Source of the DNA: Octopus vulgaris
Lineage: Eukaryota
Assembly: GCA_951406725.2 (NCBI GenBank)
Contig: OX597839.1
Location: forward strand, 37,696,001 to 37,760,000
Direction: 5' to 3'
Length of the DNA stretch: 64,000 nucleotides
Shown here in pieces: positions 12,935-27,920 of the stretch. A model generated the notes under the pieces. That model was not told the origin of the DNA. It saw nothing but the letters and a program-made list of their open reading frames with translations, and made no database searches. Within the stretch, counting starts at the first letter, position 1. The number at the start of each line of letters is the position of its first letter. A program made the translations under genes and the position numbers.

Positions 12935-13252
12935 CTTTACTCTTTTACTCTTTTACTCGTTTCAGTCATTTGACTGCGGCCATGCTGGAGCACCGCCTTT
13001 AGTCGAGCAAATCGACCCCGGGACTTATTCTTTGTAAGCCCAGTACTTATTCTATCGGTCTCTTTTGCCGAACCGCTAAGTTACGGGGACGTAAACACAC
13101 CAGCATCGGTTGTCAAGCAATGCTAGGGGGACAAACACAGACACAAACATATACACACACATACATACATATATATATATATACATATATACGACCGGCT
13201 TCTTTCAGTTTCCGTCTACCAAATCCACTCACAAGGCATTGGTCGGCCCGGG
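12935..13252 (-). mobile_element. SINE family A, 5'-truncated
   Basis: Matches the family A body and tail. Further partial copies lie near 4990-5075, 6075-6200, 10577-10745, 16044-16205, 19405-19522, 40645-40940, 42330-42570, 55855-56020, 57251-57420 and 58370-58515. Confidence 0.85.
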
Positions 13253-13532
13253 GTTACCATATATATATTTTTTTTTTCTATATTTTCTACATGCTATTAT
13301 TTATAGCGTTATCGAAATGCTTAGCAGTATTTCGCCCGTCGCTAAGCACCGAATTCAAATTCCACCTTGGTCGGTTTTTTCCATTCATCCTTTCGGGGTC
13401 GATAAAACAAGTACCAGTTGAAAGCTGGGGTCAATGTAATCGACTCATCCCCTCCCCACAAAAACTGCTGCCCTTATAGCAAAATTTGAACTCATTATTT
13501 ATAGCTTTATCTACTTCGAATTCGACCCTGTT

Positions 13533-13584
<52 letters not shown>

Positions 13585-13604
13585 ATATATATGTATATAT
13601 ATAT

Positions 13605-13728
<124 letters not shown>

Positions 13729-13976
13729 TTAGAGATAAAACCACTATTAGGCAAATCAAACAGTGAAAAACATAAACCAAAACATAGAAATAAATTTAAT
13801 TAGTATAATATACAAAATATATAAAATATAATATTCAACAATTTAAATTATTTAAATTAAAAGTTAAAAATAAAAATTTTATCCCTAATTTAATATATAT
13901 ATATATATTTATACTGTAAAATTAGATTTAATCCTAAATCTAATTTTTCCCTGTAAGTTTGGATTTACTCCCTAAT

Positions 13977-14064
<88 letters not shown>

Positions 14065-14068
14065 TATA

Positions 14069-14461
14069 TCTTTATATATAAAAGTGAAGTTGTGTGTCTG
14101 TCTCCTACGATTTAGATTCCGAACTACTCCCACATTTTGCGGTGCAGTTTAACCAAAAGCGGGCATCTTATAGTCGTGATTCATATCGAGCCCTTCTGGG
14201 TATTAGCGCGCGTCTACGATGAGTCTACGATTTAAAATAAAAATTTACCATCATTTTTTCCCATTCAATGCATTTTTTTGCTATTATATAAGGGAAGTAA
14301 CTCTCTAAAAATGCATTATTAAATCTCAGAACGTAAAAAGCTACAGTAACACCCCACTTTGTGGTTAGCCATATTGAGATGGCTATTATACTTTACATCT
14401 CTAAAAATGCTTATATAGTTATTTCCCTTACAAACCCGAGCAACGCCGGGCGATACTGCTA

Positions 14462-14462
<1 letters not shown>
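14069..14462 (+). mobile_element. Non-autonomous Helitron
   Basis: 5' TC, 3' CTAG, subterminal hairpin CCCGAGCAACGCCGGG (14435-14450). Inserted between A and T within (TA)n. Confidence 0.88.
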
Positions 14463-14521
<59 letters not shown>

Positions 14522-14621
14522 AACCTTTACATATATAAATAACGTGAAATACCCGATGGGACGAACATAAGAGACAGACGGGTCATTCAAAGCCTTCGTT
14601 ATATGTATATATATATATATG

Positions 14622-14942
14622 TGAGGGCGCGTGGCTTAGTGGTTAGGGCATTCGGCTCATGATCGTAGGGTTGTGAGTTCGATTCCCGGCGACGCGTTGT
14701 GTCCTTGAGCAAGACACTTTATTTCACGTTGCTCCAGTCCACTCAGCTGGCAAAAATGAGTTGTACTTGTATTTCAAAGAATCAGCCTTGTCACTCTCTG
14801 TGTCACGCTGATTATCCCCGAGAACTACGTTAAGGGTACACGTGTCTGTGGAATGCTCAGCCATTTGCACGTTAATTTCACGAGCAAGCTGTTCCGTTGA
14901 TCGTATCAGCTGGGACCCTCGTCGTCGTAACCGGCGGAGTCT
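14622..14942 (+). mobile_element. SINE family B-related (CORE-like GTGTCCTTGAGCAAGACAC)
   Basis: tRNA-like head and the same 3' tail as 7667. Related copies lie at ~12575-12895, 30003-30250 and 37937-38277, the last two with different tails. Confidence 0.85.
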
Positions 14943-14990
14943 TTTTTTATTTTTATATATATATATATTCACATAAATGTATTAATGTAG

Positions 14991-15108
14991 GCGAGTGGAC
15001 CCAGCGGCAGAAGCGGCGGAGAAACGAACCAAACTGGAAGGAATCATTCTACGGACACAGCTGACGGTTCTTCTGAAGAATGGTGTGTTCTTTGAGGAAG
15101 GGTGTGAT
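14991..15108 (+). CDS. CLCN6: CLC-6-like exon 9 of 12
   Basis: atgtAG / GTAAGT; (R)RVDPAAEAAEKRTKLEGIILRTQLTVLLKNGVFFEEGCD, matching 'G.ILRSQL..LL..GV'. The acceptor is weak, so the 5' border is less certain. Confidence 0.88.
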
Positions 15109-15211
15109 GTAAGTTGTTTTGAACAATTTTTTTGTGATTTTGTCTGTCTGTCTGTCTGTCTGTCTGCCACTTATATATTTCGGCACTGTCCCCCCTGTCT
15201 TGTATTTTCAG

Positions 15212-15319
15212 CCAAATACACAAAAGATCCTAACGTATGAGGAAATGACGGCGGATTATCCTAGATTTCCGGAAATACACGAGATTGACCTGTCTCCGGC
15301 CTTTGCCGAAAAATTGCTG
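15212..15319 (+). CDS. CLCN6: CLC-6-like exon 10 of 12
   Basis: tttcAG / GTAAGT; PNTQKILTYEEMTADYPRFPEIHEIDLSPAFAEKLL, matching 'L.Y.EM..DYPR.P.IH..DL'. Preceded by a 103-bp intron. Confidence 0.95.
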
Positions 15320-15738
15320 GTAAGTAAACTGTTATATAACAAAGTTCAGTTCTCACACACTCATATATTTATTATACACACTCGTACACAAAGAAGTCAA
15401 GCTCATAAGACCAAGTGAGAGTCTTAAAATAAATAATAAAAAAAATATCGTTAACAGTTCAATGGTTTATTTAGATTTCAAGACAAAACGACGTATGATT
15501 AATTTATTGACACAACTGACCAGAACTGACCGGAACTGACTGGAATATATATCTGGTCTTTATATTAGCAGCAACGCAAGTAACAACAACAAGAACGACA
15601 ACAACAACACACACACACACACACATACACAACCACACACACACACACACACACACACACAACAACACACACACACAACCACACACACACGCACACAACC
15701 ACACACACACACACACAACACACACACACACACACACA

Positions 15739-15784
<46 letters not shown>

Positions 15785-16214
15785 CCACACACACACACAA
15801 CCACACACACACACACACACACACACACAACCACACACACACACACACACACACAACCACACACACACACACACACACAGCTACAAGGGCAACAACAGCA
15901 ATAGAAACGATGGCAGCCTGGAATAACAACTAACAACGTAATAAAGAAACAACAGCCGCAGAAATAACAACAACAACAACAACAACAATGATTACAATGA
16001 TAACAACAATAACAACAACAGTAACAACAATAATGATAGGTTTAGGAGTGGCTGTGTGGTAAGTAGCTTGCTTACCAACCACATGGTTCCGGGTTCAGTC
16101 CCACTGCGTAGCACCTTGAGCAAGTGTCTTCTACCATAGCCTCGGGCCGACCAAAGCCTTGTGAGTGGATTTTGGTAGACAGAAACTGAAAGAAGCCCAT
16201 CGTATATATATATA

Positions 16215-16921
16215 TCTCTTATTATAAAAGGCAGATTTTATCTGCCTCCCAAACCGTTTGTTTATTATACAAATCTACAATATAGAATTTCTTCAATTAG
16301 AATTTACCTAGCATTTTTACGAGTAGAATACATCGGGTCGTGGCAGGTACAGTTTTTCCTATTTCACACCCAATTAAGCAAAAATTCGAGAAAACTCTAT
16401 ATTTTTAGATTTTCCTCTTTCATTTTAACTGCTTCACTCATACCATTACCACCACACTTTATGCTACTTTCTCTTTGCAAGTGTGCGACAATTAAAGTGA
16501 AACTATTTATATAACAGGGATGAACTGCTTCACTCATGCTATCACACTAATTTCTCCTACTTTCTCTTTGCAAGTGTACCTTAAACCACTACTCAAAAAA
16601 AAATACACAGCAAACAGAAACAAATAAATACATAACGATTTACTCCTAACACAATTTCTTCAATTAGAGTTTACCTATGATTTTTCCAAGTACTTCCATT
16701 CGGTCATGGCATACAAAATTTCTTTCAATTTCACCCCCATTTAAGAAAAAATTCGAGAAAACTCAATATTTTGCCATTTCACTCTTTCACTTCAAAGCCT
16801 TTACTCTGCCTATTACTCCCACTTCCTCTTTACACACATAGACACGCAAATATATAAATAAAATTGTAAGCTAACGTGTGTGTGTGTGTGTGTGCGTGTG
16901 TGTGTGTGTGCGTGTGTGTGT

Positions 16922-16952
<31 letters not shown>

Positions 16953-17858
16953 ACAGGGATGAGCCATTCAGACTGGTCATCCCTTTTTGCTAGAAGAAGA
17001 TCCCCTATGGTCTTATATGCTACACCACTGGTTTTCAGTTCAAGAAGGACTATTCATTATAATACATCAGTTCCACACATTTACCCTGGTTCCATTTCGG
17101 ACAACTGCACAAACATTTGCCATTTCACACATGTATGTAAGCAAATTCCTTTCTTAAAAATTTCAATTCATTTTCTTTTTCAATTTACGTTTCTATACAC
17201 TTTACACAAATATTTGATTAAACAACTAAAACACTTCTCATTTCGAACATGTACGTAAACTACTTCCATTCTTGCAAATCTAACTTCATTTTCTTGCTTT
17301 TAACTTAAATTTCAATACATTTTACACACTCTGCTCCATACAAAGTTTTTTAGGACGAAAATAAGATCTAAAGTTATCTCTAAGTAGTAGGAAGATCGCC
17401 CAAAACTGTATATAGATATTTAAATATATTTATATATTCATCTATACACAGATGTATGTATAATGTGTGTGTATATATTTCCATAGAGGTAACCATTCAC
17501 TCTATACAAAGTTATTTAGAACGAATATAAGATCTAAAGTATATCCAAGTAGCAGAAAGATCGCCCAAATGTGTATATAGATATTTAAATGTATTTATAT
17601 ATTCATCTATACACAGATGTATGTATAACGTGTGTGTATATATTTCCATATAGGTATCCATTCACTCCGCACAAAGTTTTCTAGGACGAAAATAAGATCT
17701 AAAGTTATCTCTAAGAAGCAGAAAGATCGCCCAAAAGTGTATATAGATATTTAAATGTATTTATATATTCATCTATACACACATGTATGTATAATGTGTG
17801 TGTATATATTTCCATAGAGGTAACCATTCACTCCATACAAAGTTTTTTAGGATGAAAA
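16215..17858 (+). mobile_element. Probable Helitron 5' portion with internal tandem repeats
   Basis: Begins A|TCTCTTATTATAAAAGGCAG inside the (TA)n of a SINE, has internal duplications and runs directly into the 17859 element. Confidence 0.55.
17334..17858 (+). repeat. ~166-bp tandem repeat, about 3.2 units
   Basis: Unit starts CTCCATACAAAGTT at 17334, 17500, 17665 and 17831. Confidence 0.92.
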
Positions 17859-18716
17859 TCTTTATACATAAAAGAAAGGTTGTGTGTTTGTCTACTCCGA
17901 TTTACATTCCTAACTAATCCCACATTTGGCGATGCAGTTTAACCAAAAGCGGGTATCTTTTAGTCGTGATTCATATCGAGCCCTTCTGGGTATTAGCGCG
18001 CGTCTACGATGAGTCTACGATGAGTCTACGATTTTACAAATAATTTACCATCATTTTTTTCCATTTTAATGCATATTTTTTTAAATAAAGGGAAGTAACT
18101 CTCAAACTTCACACCAATATGCGTGCTCATATGCGACGTAATATCACATCAGCAGCATTTCCTCACACCCTCCTTGCACTTGGCGAAGGCAAAATACCAG
18201 GGGATGAAAATGGTAATATTGCCATCGATTCCATTTGTACCATTGTTAAGACGCCTTCTGATCTCAGAGATGCAGTGTTCCCAGATCTACAAGCTAATTA
18301 TCAGAATATGGATTGGATTGGCAAAAAGGCTGTACTGGCCCCGAGGAATAAAACTGTTCACCATATTAATGATGAAATGCTAAAACTCATTCCTGGGGAA
18401 GTCTATGTATATCAGTCTATCGATACAACTCCTGACCCAGAGGACGTCATCAACTATCCAATAGAGGTACTCAGTTCCTTTGAGCACCCCGGACTACCAC
18501 CACACTTTCTCAAACTTAAAGTTGGTGCCCCTATAATGCTCATCAGAAATTTGGTTCCCCCAAAACAATGCAATGGCACACGTTTGATCGTTAAGTCCTT
18601 ATCTCCCACCGTAAACTTATATCAATATTTGCCTGAATAATCATCATAATTCAGTGCAATCATTAACAGTACTTTCAAGCAATTCAGCCCCGAGCAACGC
18701 CGGGCAATTCTGCTAG
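17859..18716 (+). mobile_element. Internally deleted Helitron carrying a helicase fragment
   Basis: Same 5' end family (TCTTTATACATAAAA..GATTTACATTCCTAACTA), hairpin CCCGAGCAACGCCGGG and CTAG at 18713-18716. Confidence 0.88.
18119..18640 (+). pseudogene. Pif1-like (Helitron RepHel) helicase fragment
   Basis: AVLAPRNKTVHHINDEML..YQSID..YPIEVL....PGLPPH.LKLKVGAPIMLIRNL....CNGTRLIV. Walker A and the Rep domain are absent. Confidence 0.9.
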
Positions 18717-18807
18717 TACATAAATATATACATACATGAACAATTCATGTTTACATATATACATAACTACAAACAAACATACATACACGTATAAATCCAA
18801 ACATAGG

Positions 18808-18860
<53 letters not shown>

Positions 18861-19359
18861 GTGTGCAAACATAAACAACAACATACTTAAATACAAATAC
18901 AACTGTACACATACACCCACATACATTCATACACACGTATTTATATGCATATATGTATATATACATAGCTATCTGCGTACCTGCTATTTCTTACACAATG
19001 AAACACCCATTCAAATGCTGACTCACTATTTCTTTTCTTTTACAATTCTAAAGAAATTTTAAATATCTCAATTTATTGTCATTAAATTTCTTATCCCTAT
19101 TCAAATCTTCGGTTAACCTTTTGCGTCACGCATGTATGAATGTATTTGGGTGTATGTATTTAGAAAAAAAAGGTAAGACTGAAAAATGTATACACTCACA
19201 CCTATCCATCAATTCATCTATCTGTCTATACATACATGCATATACTCATATATACATATCTATATAAATTGAATGCATAAACATATAAGTATATAATTAG
19301 GAGATATGTTAACCTTGTGAAGGGATGGTTGCCTTCAAGGAAACACTGGTTGAATACCC

Positions 19360-19399
<40 letters not shown>

Positions 19400-19576
19400 T
19401 GTATTTCAGTGTTTGTCCTCCCAACATCGCTTGTCAACCAATGCTGGTGTGTTTACGTCCCCGTAACTTAGCGGTTCGGCAAAAGAGACCGATAGAATAA
19501 GTACTAGGCTTACAAAGAATAAGCCCGAAAGGATTAAAGGCAAAGTCGACCTCAGCGGAATTTGAAACGAAATAAC

Positions 19577-19670
19577 GCTAAGCAGACGAAATACTGCCAA
19601 GCAGACGAGATACTGCTAAGCAGACGAGATATCGCTAAGCAGACGAGATATCGCTAAGCAGACGATATAT
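19577..19670. repeat. 19-bp tandem repeat x5 derived from a SINE C head
   Basis: GCTAAGCAGACGAGATATC-like units. Confidence 0.88.
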
Positions 19671-19789
19671 CTATTTCTTTACTACCCACAAGCGGCTAAA
19701 CACTTGCCCAACGTGCCACGCAGTGGGACGATCTCAGAACCATGTGGATAGAAATAAAGTTTCTTAACGTACACCATGCCTGTGTCTAT

Positions 19790-19843
<54 letters not shown>

Positions 19844-20413
19844 GTATGTGTGTGTATTCATACATTCACATACGCACACTCAAACATACATGTATGTATA
19901 TTGAAACTAATTAGCATAAACCAAAATATTATTTCCGCCATTTTCGTCCTGTCATTTTGACACTGCTACTCCCGTTCACACACCTACTCCTACCACAACG
20001 CTGTAAATATCCACATTTATTGTTATTCGTGCGTACTAGTAATATCCCACTCATCACATGATCTCTTCACTATCACCTCGTTCCTCGTTCCTCTCCCTTC
20101 AGCTCTTTCTCCTCTTCCATTGTTCATCCATGTCACTGACTTTGTGTTACGGAGGAGAAGGGGAGGAGAATGATGAGGAAGAGGAGCGAGATCAGGGGTA
20201 GGAGCGGTAGGTGGTGGGCAAAGTTAGGTGTCGTCAAGGAGAAATGATTTCGGCGGGAATCCGAGTGGAAATGGTTGTACTTCAGAGAGTGAAAGGCGTT
20301 AAGCTCAGAGATAGATAGATAGATAGATAGATAGATTAATAGATAGACAGAGCGATGGATAGATAGATAGATAAACGGGATTGACAACACACACATGTAT
20401 AAACAGAGAGGGA

Positions 20414-20446
<33 letters not shown>

Positions 20447-20558
20447 ATGCTCTTGTGAGATATTGATGTCCATAACGTGATGATCCTTTAACAATTCATT
20501 AACTACAACAGCTTACAATTCACATGTCTTGATATGTACGTATATATATATGTATATA

Positions 20559-20652
<94 letters not shown>

Positions 20653-20708
20653 GTATATATATGTATATATATATAAATAATATATAAACATATATATACA
20701 TACATATG

Positions 20709-20775
<67 letters not shown>

Positions 20776-20803
20776 TATATAAACATATATATACATACAT
20801 ATG

Positions 20804-20834
<31 letters not shown>

Positions 20835-20889
20835 GTATATATATGTATATATATATATATAAATAATATATAAACATATATATACATAC

Positions 20890-20921
<32 letters not shown>

Positions 20922-20975
20922 GTGTATATATATATGTATATATATATATTTAAATATATAAACATATATATACAT

Positions 20976-21018
<43 letters not shown>

Positions 21019-21082
21019 AGTATAAATATAAAAAATATATATATGCATATATATATATATATATAAATATTAGCAAAAAATA

Positions 21083-21141
<59 letters not shown>

Positions 21142-21370
21142 GTATATATGTACATATAAATATAAAAGGCGGCAAGCTGGGAGAATCGTTAACCCGCCGG
21201 GCGAAATGCTTAGCTGTACGTTCTGAGCTCGAATTCAGCCGAGGTCGACCTTGCCTTTTATCCTTTCAGGGTCGATTAAATAAGCACCAGTTACGCACTG
21301 AGGTCGATGTAATCGACTTAATCCCTGTGTTTGTCTCCTCTGTGTTTAGCTCCCTGTTGGCAATAAAGAA

Positions 21371-21422
<52 letters not shown>

Positions 21423-21811
21423 GTGAAATAAACAGCAGAGATGTTTTGACTCACGCACAACTGAAGGAGATGCTCACAGGTAGCGCAAGTACTTCAGGTT
21501 CCATCGCAATTTCGGAAGCCTTTCTGAATCATCAGCAGGTGTTTCAGAGTTTCGTCACTGATCTTGAGCGAGGCAGCGAGAACTGAATTAGTTTTCACCT
21601 GCGAAGGGTTCTCACCTGCGGTTTTGTTGATTGCTGGATAGCTCATTATCAAGGTTTTTCGTTGCCTGTTTATACCTGTTAAAATCTTACCTGAAGACGG
21701 TGGATTTAATCCCTGATGTAATCTATGAAGACATCCGAGATTTTCCTGCGTTGGATCTTATCAAATTTATAAAAATATATATACACTCATATTTGAGTTC
21801 TATTTTTACAT

Positions 21812-21919
<108 letters not shown>

Positions 21920-22081
21920 GTGTGTGTGATTGTGTATAGAAGAATATATTAATAAAAAGAATTCCAACCTTGTCTGATTTTCACGTTTTATTTACAATCT
22001 TATAATGATATATTATAAGATAATATATTATAATTGAATAAAATAAAATGAAATAGTAGAATGTTAAATATTCATTCTGAT

Positions 22082-22126
22082 TGAACTAGTACTTTCATGC
22101 ATTGAATTCTGCAATCTTCGGGTTCA
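22082..22126 (-). ncRNA. Minimal hammerhead ribozyme (U4C variant)
   Basis: TGAAC-CCGAAGA-T-TGCA-gaattcaa-TGCA-T-GAAA-GTAC-TA-GTTCA. Confidence 0.68.
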
Positions 22127-22155
22127 TGTAGTAGTGTTGACAGTCATGCTTCACA

Positions 22156-22666
<511 letters not shown>

Positions 22667-23215
22667 ATATATATATATATAACTTATAAATAAGGGCAAG
22701 CGAAAAAATTTCTAATGCCAAATATGCCGAAAATTGGACATTTGGTAATGGACATTATGTGGCATTAGAAAATTTTTCGCTTGCCCTTATTTATAAGTTG
22801 TTTATAATTTTAACCTTTAAAGGTATTTTTTAATATGCTGGCCATTGATAAAATATTTTTTTCGAAAAAAATTTATCCTACATTAAATATATATATATAT
22901 ATATAAATTCTTTTTGGGGAGGGTCCAGTCGATTACATCGACCCCAGTACACAATTGGTACTTCATTTGTATTCCTGTTTTCTTTTTTCTTTTTTAAGTG
23001 TCCCTCTTTACTAATGATCTGCCATTTTGTATTCCTCTTGTATGTGTCTTTATATGCGCATGCGTATATCCCCGTGTATGTCTATGTTTAGTAAGTGTGT
23101 GTGTGTGTGTGTGTGGAGGGGAATGTGCCTGCTTTATCAGTAACCCCTGTTTATACACGTTCGTTTAATTTACTTTTGTTTATTTTATTCATTTGCTTAT
23201 ATCTACTTACTTTTT

Positions 23216-23298
<83 letters not shown>

Positions 23299-23879
23299 TA
23301 ACTTTTTTTAACAATTGAGGATAAAATCTTTAAAAGAAATTATCAGTAGTCAGCGTGAAAAACCTCATAAGAGAAAAAATCCGTAAATTCTTCCTCTTTG
23401 AAAATATTCATTTATATTATATTGAGGGTACTACTATTCGTAGATACCAACACGCTAAGAGGGACCAATGCGGTCAAAACTACTAAAAATAAACAAAATT
23501 TTACCGAATGCAAAACTTCAAAACACATCATTTTAAAAAAGAATTCAGTTACATATCACATGTGATTTCACATTTAATGCAGAATATGCATTTCATGTTC
23601 GTCAGTGCAACAAACTCAAGAAATATAAGAAAAAACATAACATTACAAACTCGATAGCCAACCGTAGAATTCGTCGTAGCTTGTACGAATGTTTATCCTT
23701 ACATATCTATGAAAATGGCGGGCTTTTTCGCAATGCATTTCGGTAACAAATTGCCTAGTCGGAATAAAAATTCAGTATTGAACTATTCCGGTGAAAAATA
23801 TAAGTTATTTTTAGTTATTTTTAGTAGTTTTGACCGCATTGGTCCCCCTTAGCGTGTTTTATAAAATCTTTTTATAAAT

Positions 23880-23924
<45 letters not shown>

Positions 23925-24207
23925 TAGCCTTTGGCTTTCTCTTGTACACCATCGATGGCGTGGAGAGAGGAGGCTGGTATGCATAGGCGACTGTAGATCT
24001 TCCACAAAGGACCTTGTCAGGATTTGTGCCGCCTCGAAGGGGTACGTTCTAGGTGCAACCCAATGGTCATTTATGACTGAAGGGGAGTGTTTACCCTTTT
24101 ACCCATATATGTCTATGCATGAATACATACATAAACAAACACAAACACATAATATAGACTGTTGATGTTTCAGAGAGGAATTGAAACCCGTATCTTCCTA
24201 TTTGTAG

Positions 24208-24333
24208 GATGTCTCACCTTATATGAACCCGTGTCCTTACACCGTCTACCCAAACACACCCGTCTCGCAAGTGTTCCAACTGTTCAGAAGTATGGGACTC
24301 CGTCATCTACCGGTTGTCAGCCATGATGGTGAG
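24208..24333 (+). CDS. CLCN6: CLC-6-like exon 11 of 12 (CBS2)
   Basis: ttgtAG / GTAAGA; DVSPYMNPCPYTVYPNTPVSQVFQLFRSMGLRHLPVVSHDGE. Not in the ORF track. Phase 0-0. Confidence 0.96.
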
Positions 24334-24394
24334 GTAAGAACAAAGAGCTGACGATATCAGCATTTTTAAAAATCTATTTGTCTGCCTGCTTGCC

Positions 24395-24539
<145 letters not shown>

Positions 24540-24557
24540 GCCTGCGTGCCTGCGTGC

Positions 24558-24623
<66 letters not shown>

Positions 24624-24659
24624 GTGTATATCGTGGCATATATATTTATATATGAAAAG

Positions 24660-25085
24660 ATGAAAAGTGGAACGGCTATTGGGAGGTGACTGCAGATTTA
24701 CCAGGGTGCCAGGAACTCTTTCCCATCCCAGTTACGAAATATCCGGTCATTTTAATGTGGAGTGAAGGAAAGAAAGTTGTGAATCTAGTCGAGTTAACGG
24801 TTCCTCGTGAAGATAACATGGACGCTGCTCAGGCTCGAAAGATTGACCGTTATGTAAATCTCCTCGAAGAATGTGAAGACAGAGACTGGAAAGCGGAGCA
24901 TTTTCCAATCGAAGTCGGGTGTAGAGGATTCGTTGGACACAGTGTGAGACGACTGTTGTTATCGTTAGGCCTAACTCATTGTAAAGTCAATACCACCATG
25001 ACCGATATCCAAACTACAGTGGAGCAAGGCTAGCTATTAGATTTGATTAAAAAGAGACAATGAGCGATGGCTAGAAGAATATTGA
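24660..25085 (+). mobile_element. LINE 3' fragment with RLE domain (HERO/NeSL-like)
   Basis: VELTVPREDNMDAAQARKIDRY..L.EEC....WKAEHFPIEVGCRGFVGHS motif. Confidence 0.8.
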
Positions 25086-25356
25086 GGTATATTTAATAAC
25101 CAGTTGATCTAGCAAGCGGGGAATTTGTATTCCTGTTTTATTTTTTGAGTGTCCCTCTTTACTAATGATCTGCCATTTTGTATTCCTATTGTATGTGTCT
25201 TTATATGCGCATGCGTATATCCCCGTGTATGTCTATGTTTAGTAAGTGTGTGTGTGTGGGGGAATGTGCCTGCTTTATCAGTATCCCTTGTTTATACACG
25301 TTCGTTTAATTTACTTTTATTTATTTTATTCATTTGCTTATATTTACTTACTTTTT

Positions 25357-25465
<109 letters not shown>

Positions 25466-25980
25466 TAGCCTTTGCCTTTCTCTTGTACACCATCGATGTG
25501 TACCTCATATCAGTGAGGAAGGGCGGTGCACATTGATGCCGTCGAGAGGTAGGACCCAAAACGGCCCGCATTCTCTCTTCATGACCCCATACACTTGCTG
25601 GCTTCCGGTATGCGGAGTTCTCGACTGGTAGCACTTGCATGTGCAAGTTGTTTGCAAGACATATGTGGTCCTGGATACATTGTGTCTGAATATGAGACGA
25701 GATGGTCATACTTGGAAAGCCTTTGAATCGTATGTTTGCTGACCTTGTTGAATAAACAATAAATAACCAGCAACGACGACAACTGCAGCATTAACAAGAC
25801 AGCGAACCTCCACCACCGTGACCACCACCACCAAAACAACAAAAACGATAATGATAACAAGAGTTGAGTCGTGACTACACACATATATCTTCTACCGGAT
25901 AATAAAACTGTTATATATATTTATAAATACACACACACACACACGCACACACACACACACGCACACACACACACACACAC

Positions 25981-26033
<53 letters not shown>

Positions 26034-26129
26034 TACATACAAGTTAATTATCATAAACCAAATATTATTTCCGCCATCTTTCTTCCACCGTATTGGTTAC
26101 TACCGCTGTCACTTTTTCCACCTCAACTC

Positions 26130-26500
26130 CTACCACCACCACCACCACCACCACCACCACCACCACCACCACCACCACCACCATTACCACCACCACCACC
26201 ACCACCACCACCACTACCACCACCACCACCACCACCACCATCACTATTACCACCACCACCACCACCACCACCACCACCACCACCACCACCACCACCACCA
26301 CCACCACCACCACCACCACCACCACCACCACTACCACCACCACCACCACCACCACCACCACCACTACCACCATCATTACCACCACCACCACCACCACCAC
26401 CACCACCATTACCACTACCACCACCACCACCACCACCACCACCACCACCACCACCACCACCACCATTATCACCACCACCACCATCACCACCACCACCACC
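26130..26500. repeat. (ACC)n microsatellite
   Basis: Direct inspection. Others lie at 6810-6915, 43670-43905, 46875-47045 and 54038-54200. Confidence 0.97.
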
Positions 26501-26530
26501 ATATATGTATGTGTATACACACACGCACTC

Positions 26531-26571
<41 letters not shown>

Positions 26572-26581
26572 ACACACTCAC

Positions 26582-26654
<73 letters not shown>

Positions 26655-26889
26655 GATTTAATGTGTTTATGTATTGTTTTCTGTCAATACATCTGTGTTT
26701 CGTTATTTTCCACTCAGGCGTAGTAACAACGCAGACACAATCTCCCCAGACAATGGAAAGACAATTTGTGACAAAATAATTTGTTTTTTGTTTTGTTTTT
26801 GTTTTTGATATTCTCTTTCCCCCCTTGACGTTTATTTTCATTTTATCAAGTGTTCAAAATGTTTTATGGCATACAATTATATTACTGCG

Positions 26890-27130
26890 GTGAACGTTGC
26901 GATAATAAACACACACACACACACACGCTCGCACACAAACACGCATTTACAGACGTGGAAGTGTGGTAAGAAGCTTGCGCTTACCAGCCGCATGGTTTTG
27001 GGTTCAATCCCATTGCATGGCACCTTGGGCAAGTGTCTTCCATTATAGCCTCGGGCCGGCCGGCCAAGGCCTTGTGAGTGTATATACAACGGGATTCTTT
27101 CGGTTTCCGTCAACCATTGTGAACGTTGCG

Positions 27131-27195
<65 letters not shown>

Positions 27196-27379
27196 TTACA
27201 GATGTGGAAGTGTGGTAAGAAGCTTGCGCTTACCAGCCGCATGGTTTTGGGTTCAATCCCATTGCATGGCACCTTGGGCAAGTGTCTTCAATTATAGCCT
27301 CGGGCCGGCCGGCCAAGGCCTTGTGAGTGTATATACAACGGGATTCTTTCGGTTTCCGTCAACCATTGTGAACGTTGCG

Positions 27380-27445
<66 letters not shown>

Positions 27446-27629
27446 TTACAGATGTGGAAGTGTGGTAAGAAGCTTGCGCTTACCAGCCGCATGGTTTTGG
27501 GTTCAATCCCATTGCATGGCACCTTGGGCAAGTGTCTTCCATTATAGCCTCGGGCCGGCCGGCCAAGGCCTTGTGAGTGTATATACAACGTGATTCTTTC
27601 GGTTTCCGTCAACCATTGTGAACGTTGCG

Positions 27630-27687
<58 letters not shown>

Positions 27688-27866
27688 TTTACAGACGTGG
27701 AAGTGTGGTAAGAAGCTTGCTTCCCAACCACATGGTTGTGGGTTCAATCCCATTGCATGGCACCTTGGGCAAGTGTCTTCAATTATAGCCTCGGGCCGGC
27801 CAAGGCCTTGTGAGTGTATATACAACGGGATTCTTTCGGTTTCCGTCAACCATTGTGAACGTTGCG

Positions 27867-27920
<54 letters not shown>

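Noticed and set aside
18119-18640. Host PIF1 gene nested in the intron
   Set aside because: Partial domain enclosed by Helitron termini.
19577-19670. 19-bp direct repeats as a CRISPR or operator array
   Set aside because: Head-to-tail with no spacers, and derived from the adjacent SINE C head.
21430-21540. Hammerhead candidate CTGATGA..(minus strand)
   Set aside because: I could not build consistent stems II and I with an intact GAAA; at best it is heavily decayed.
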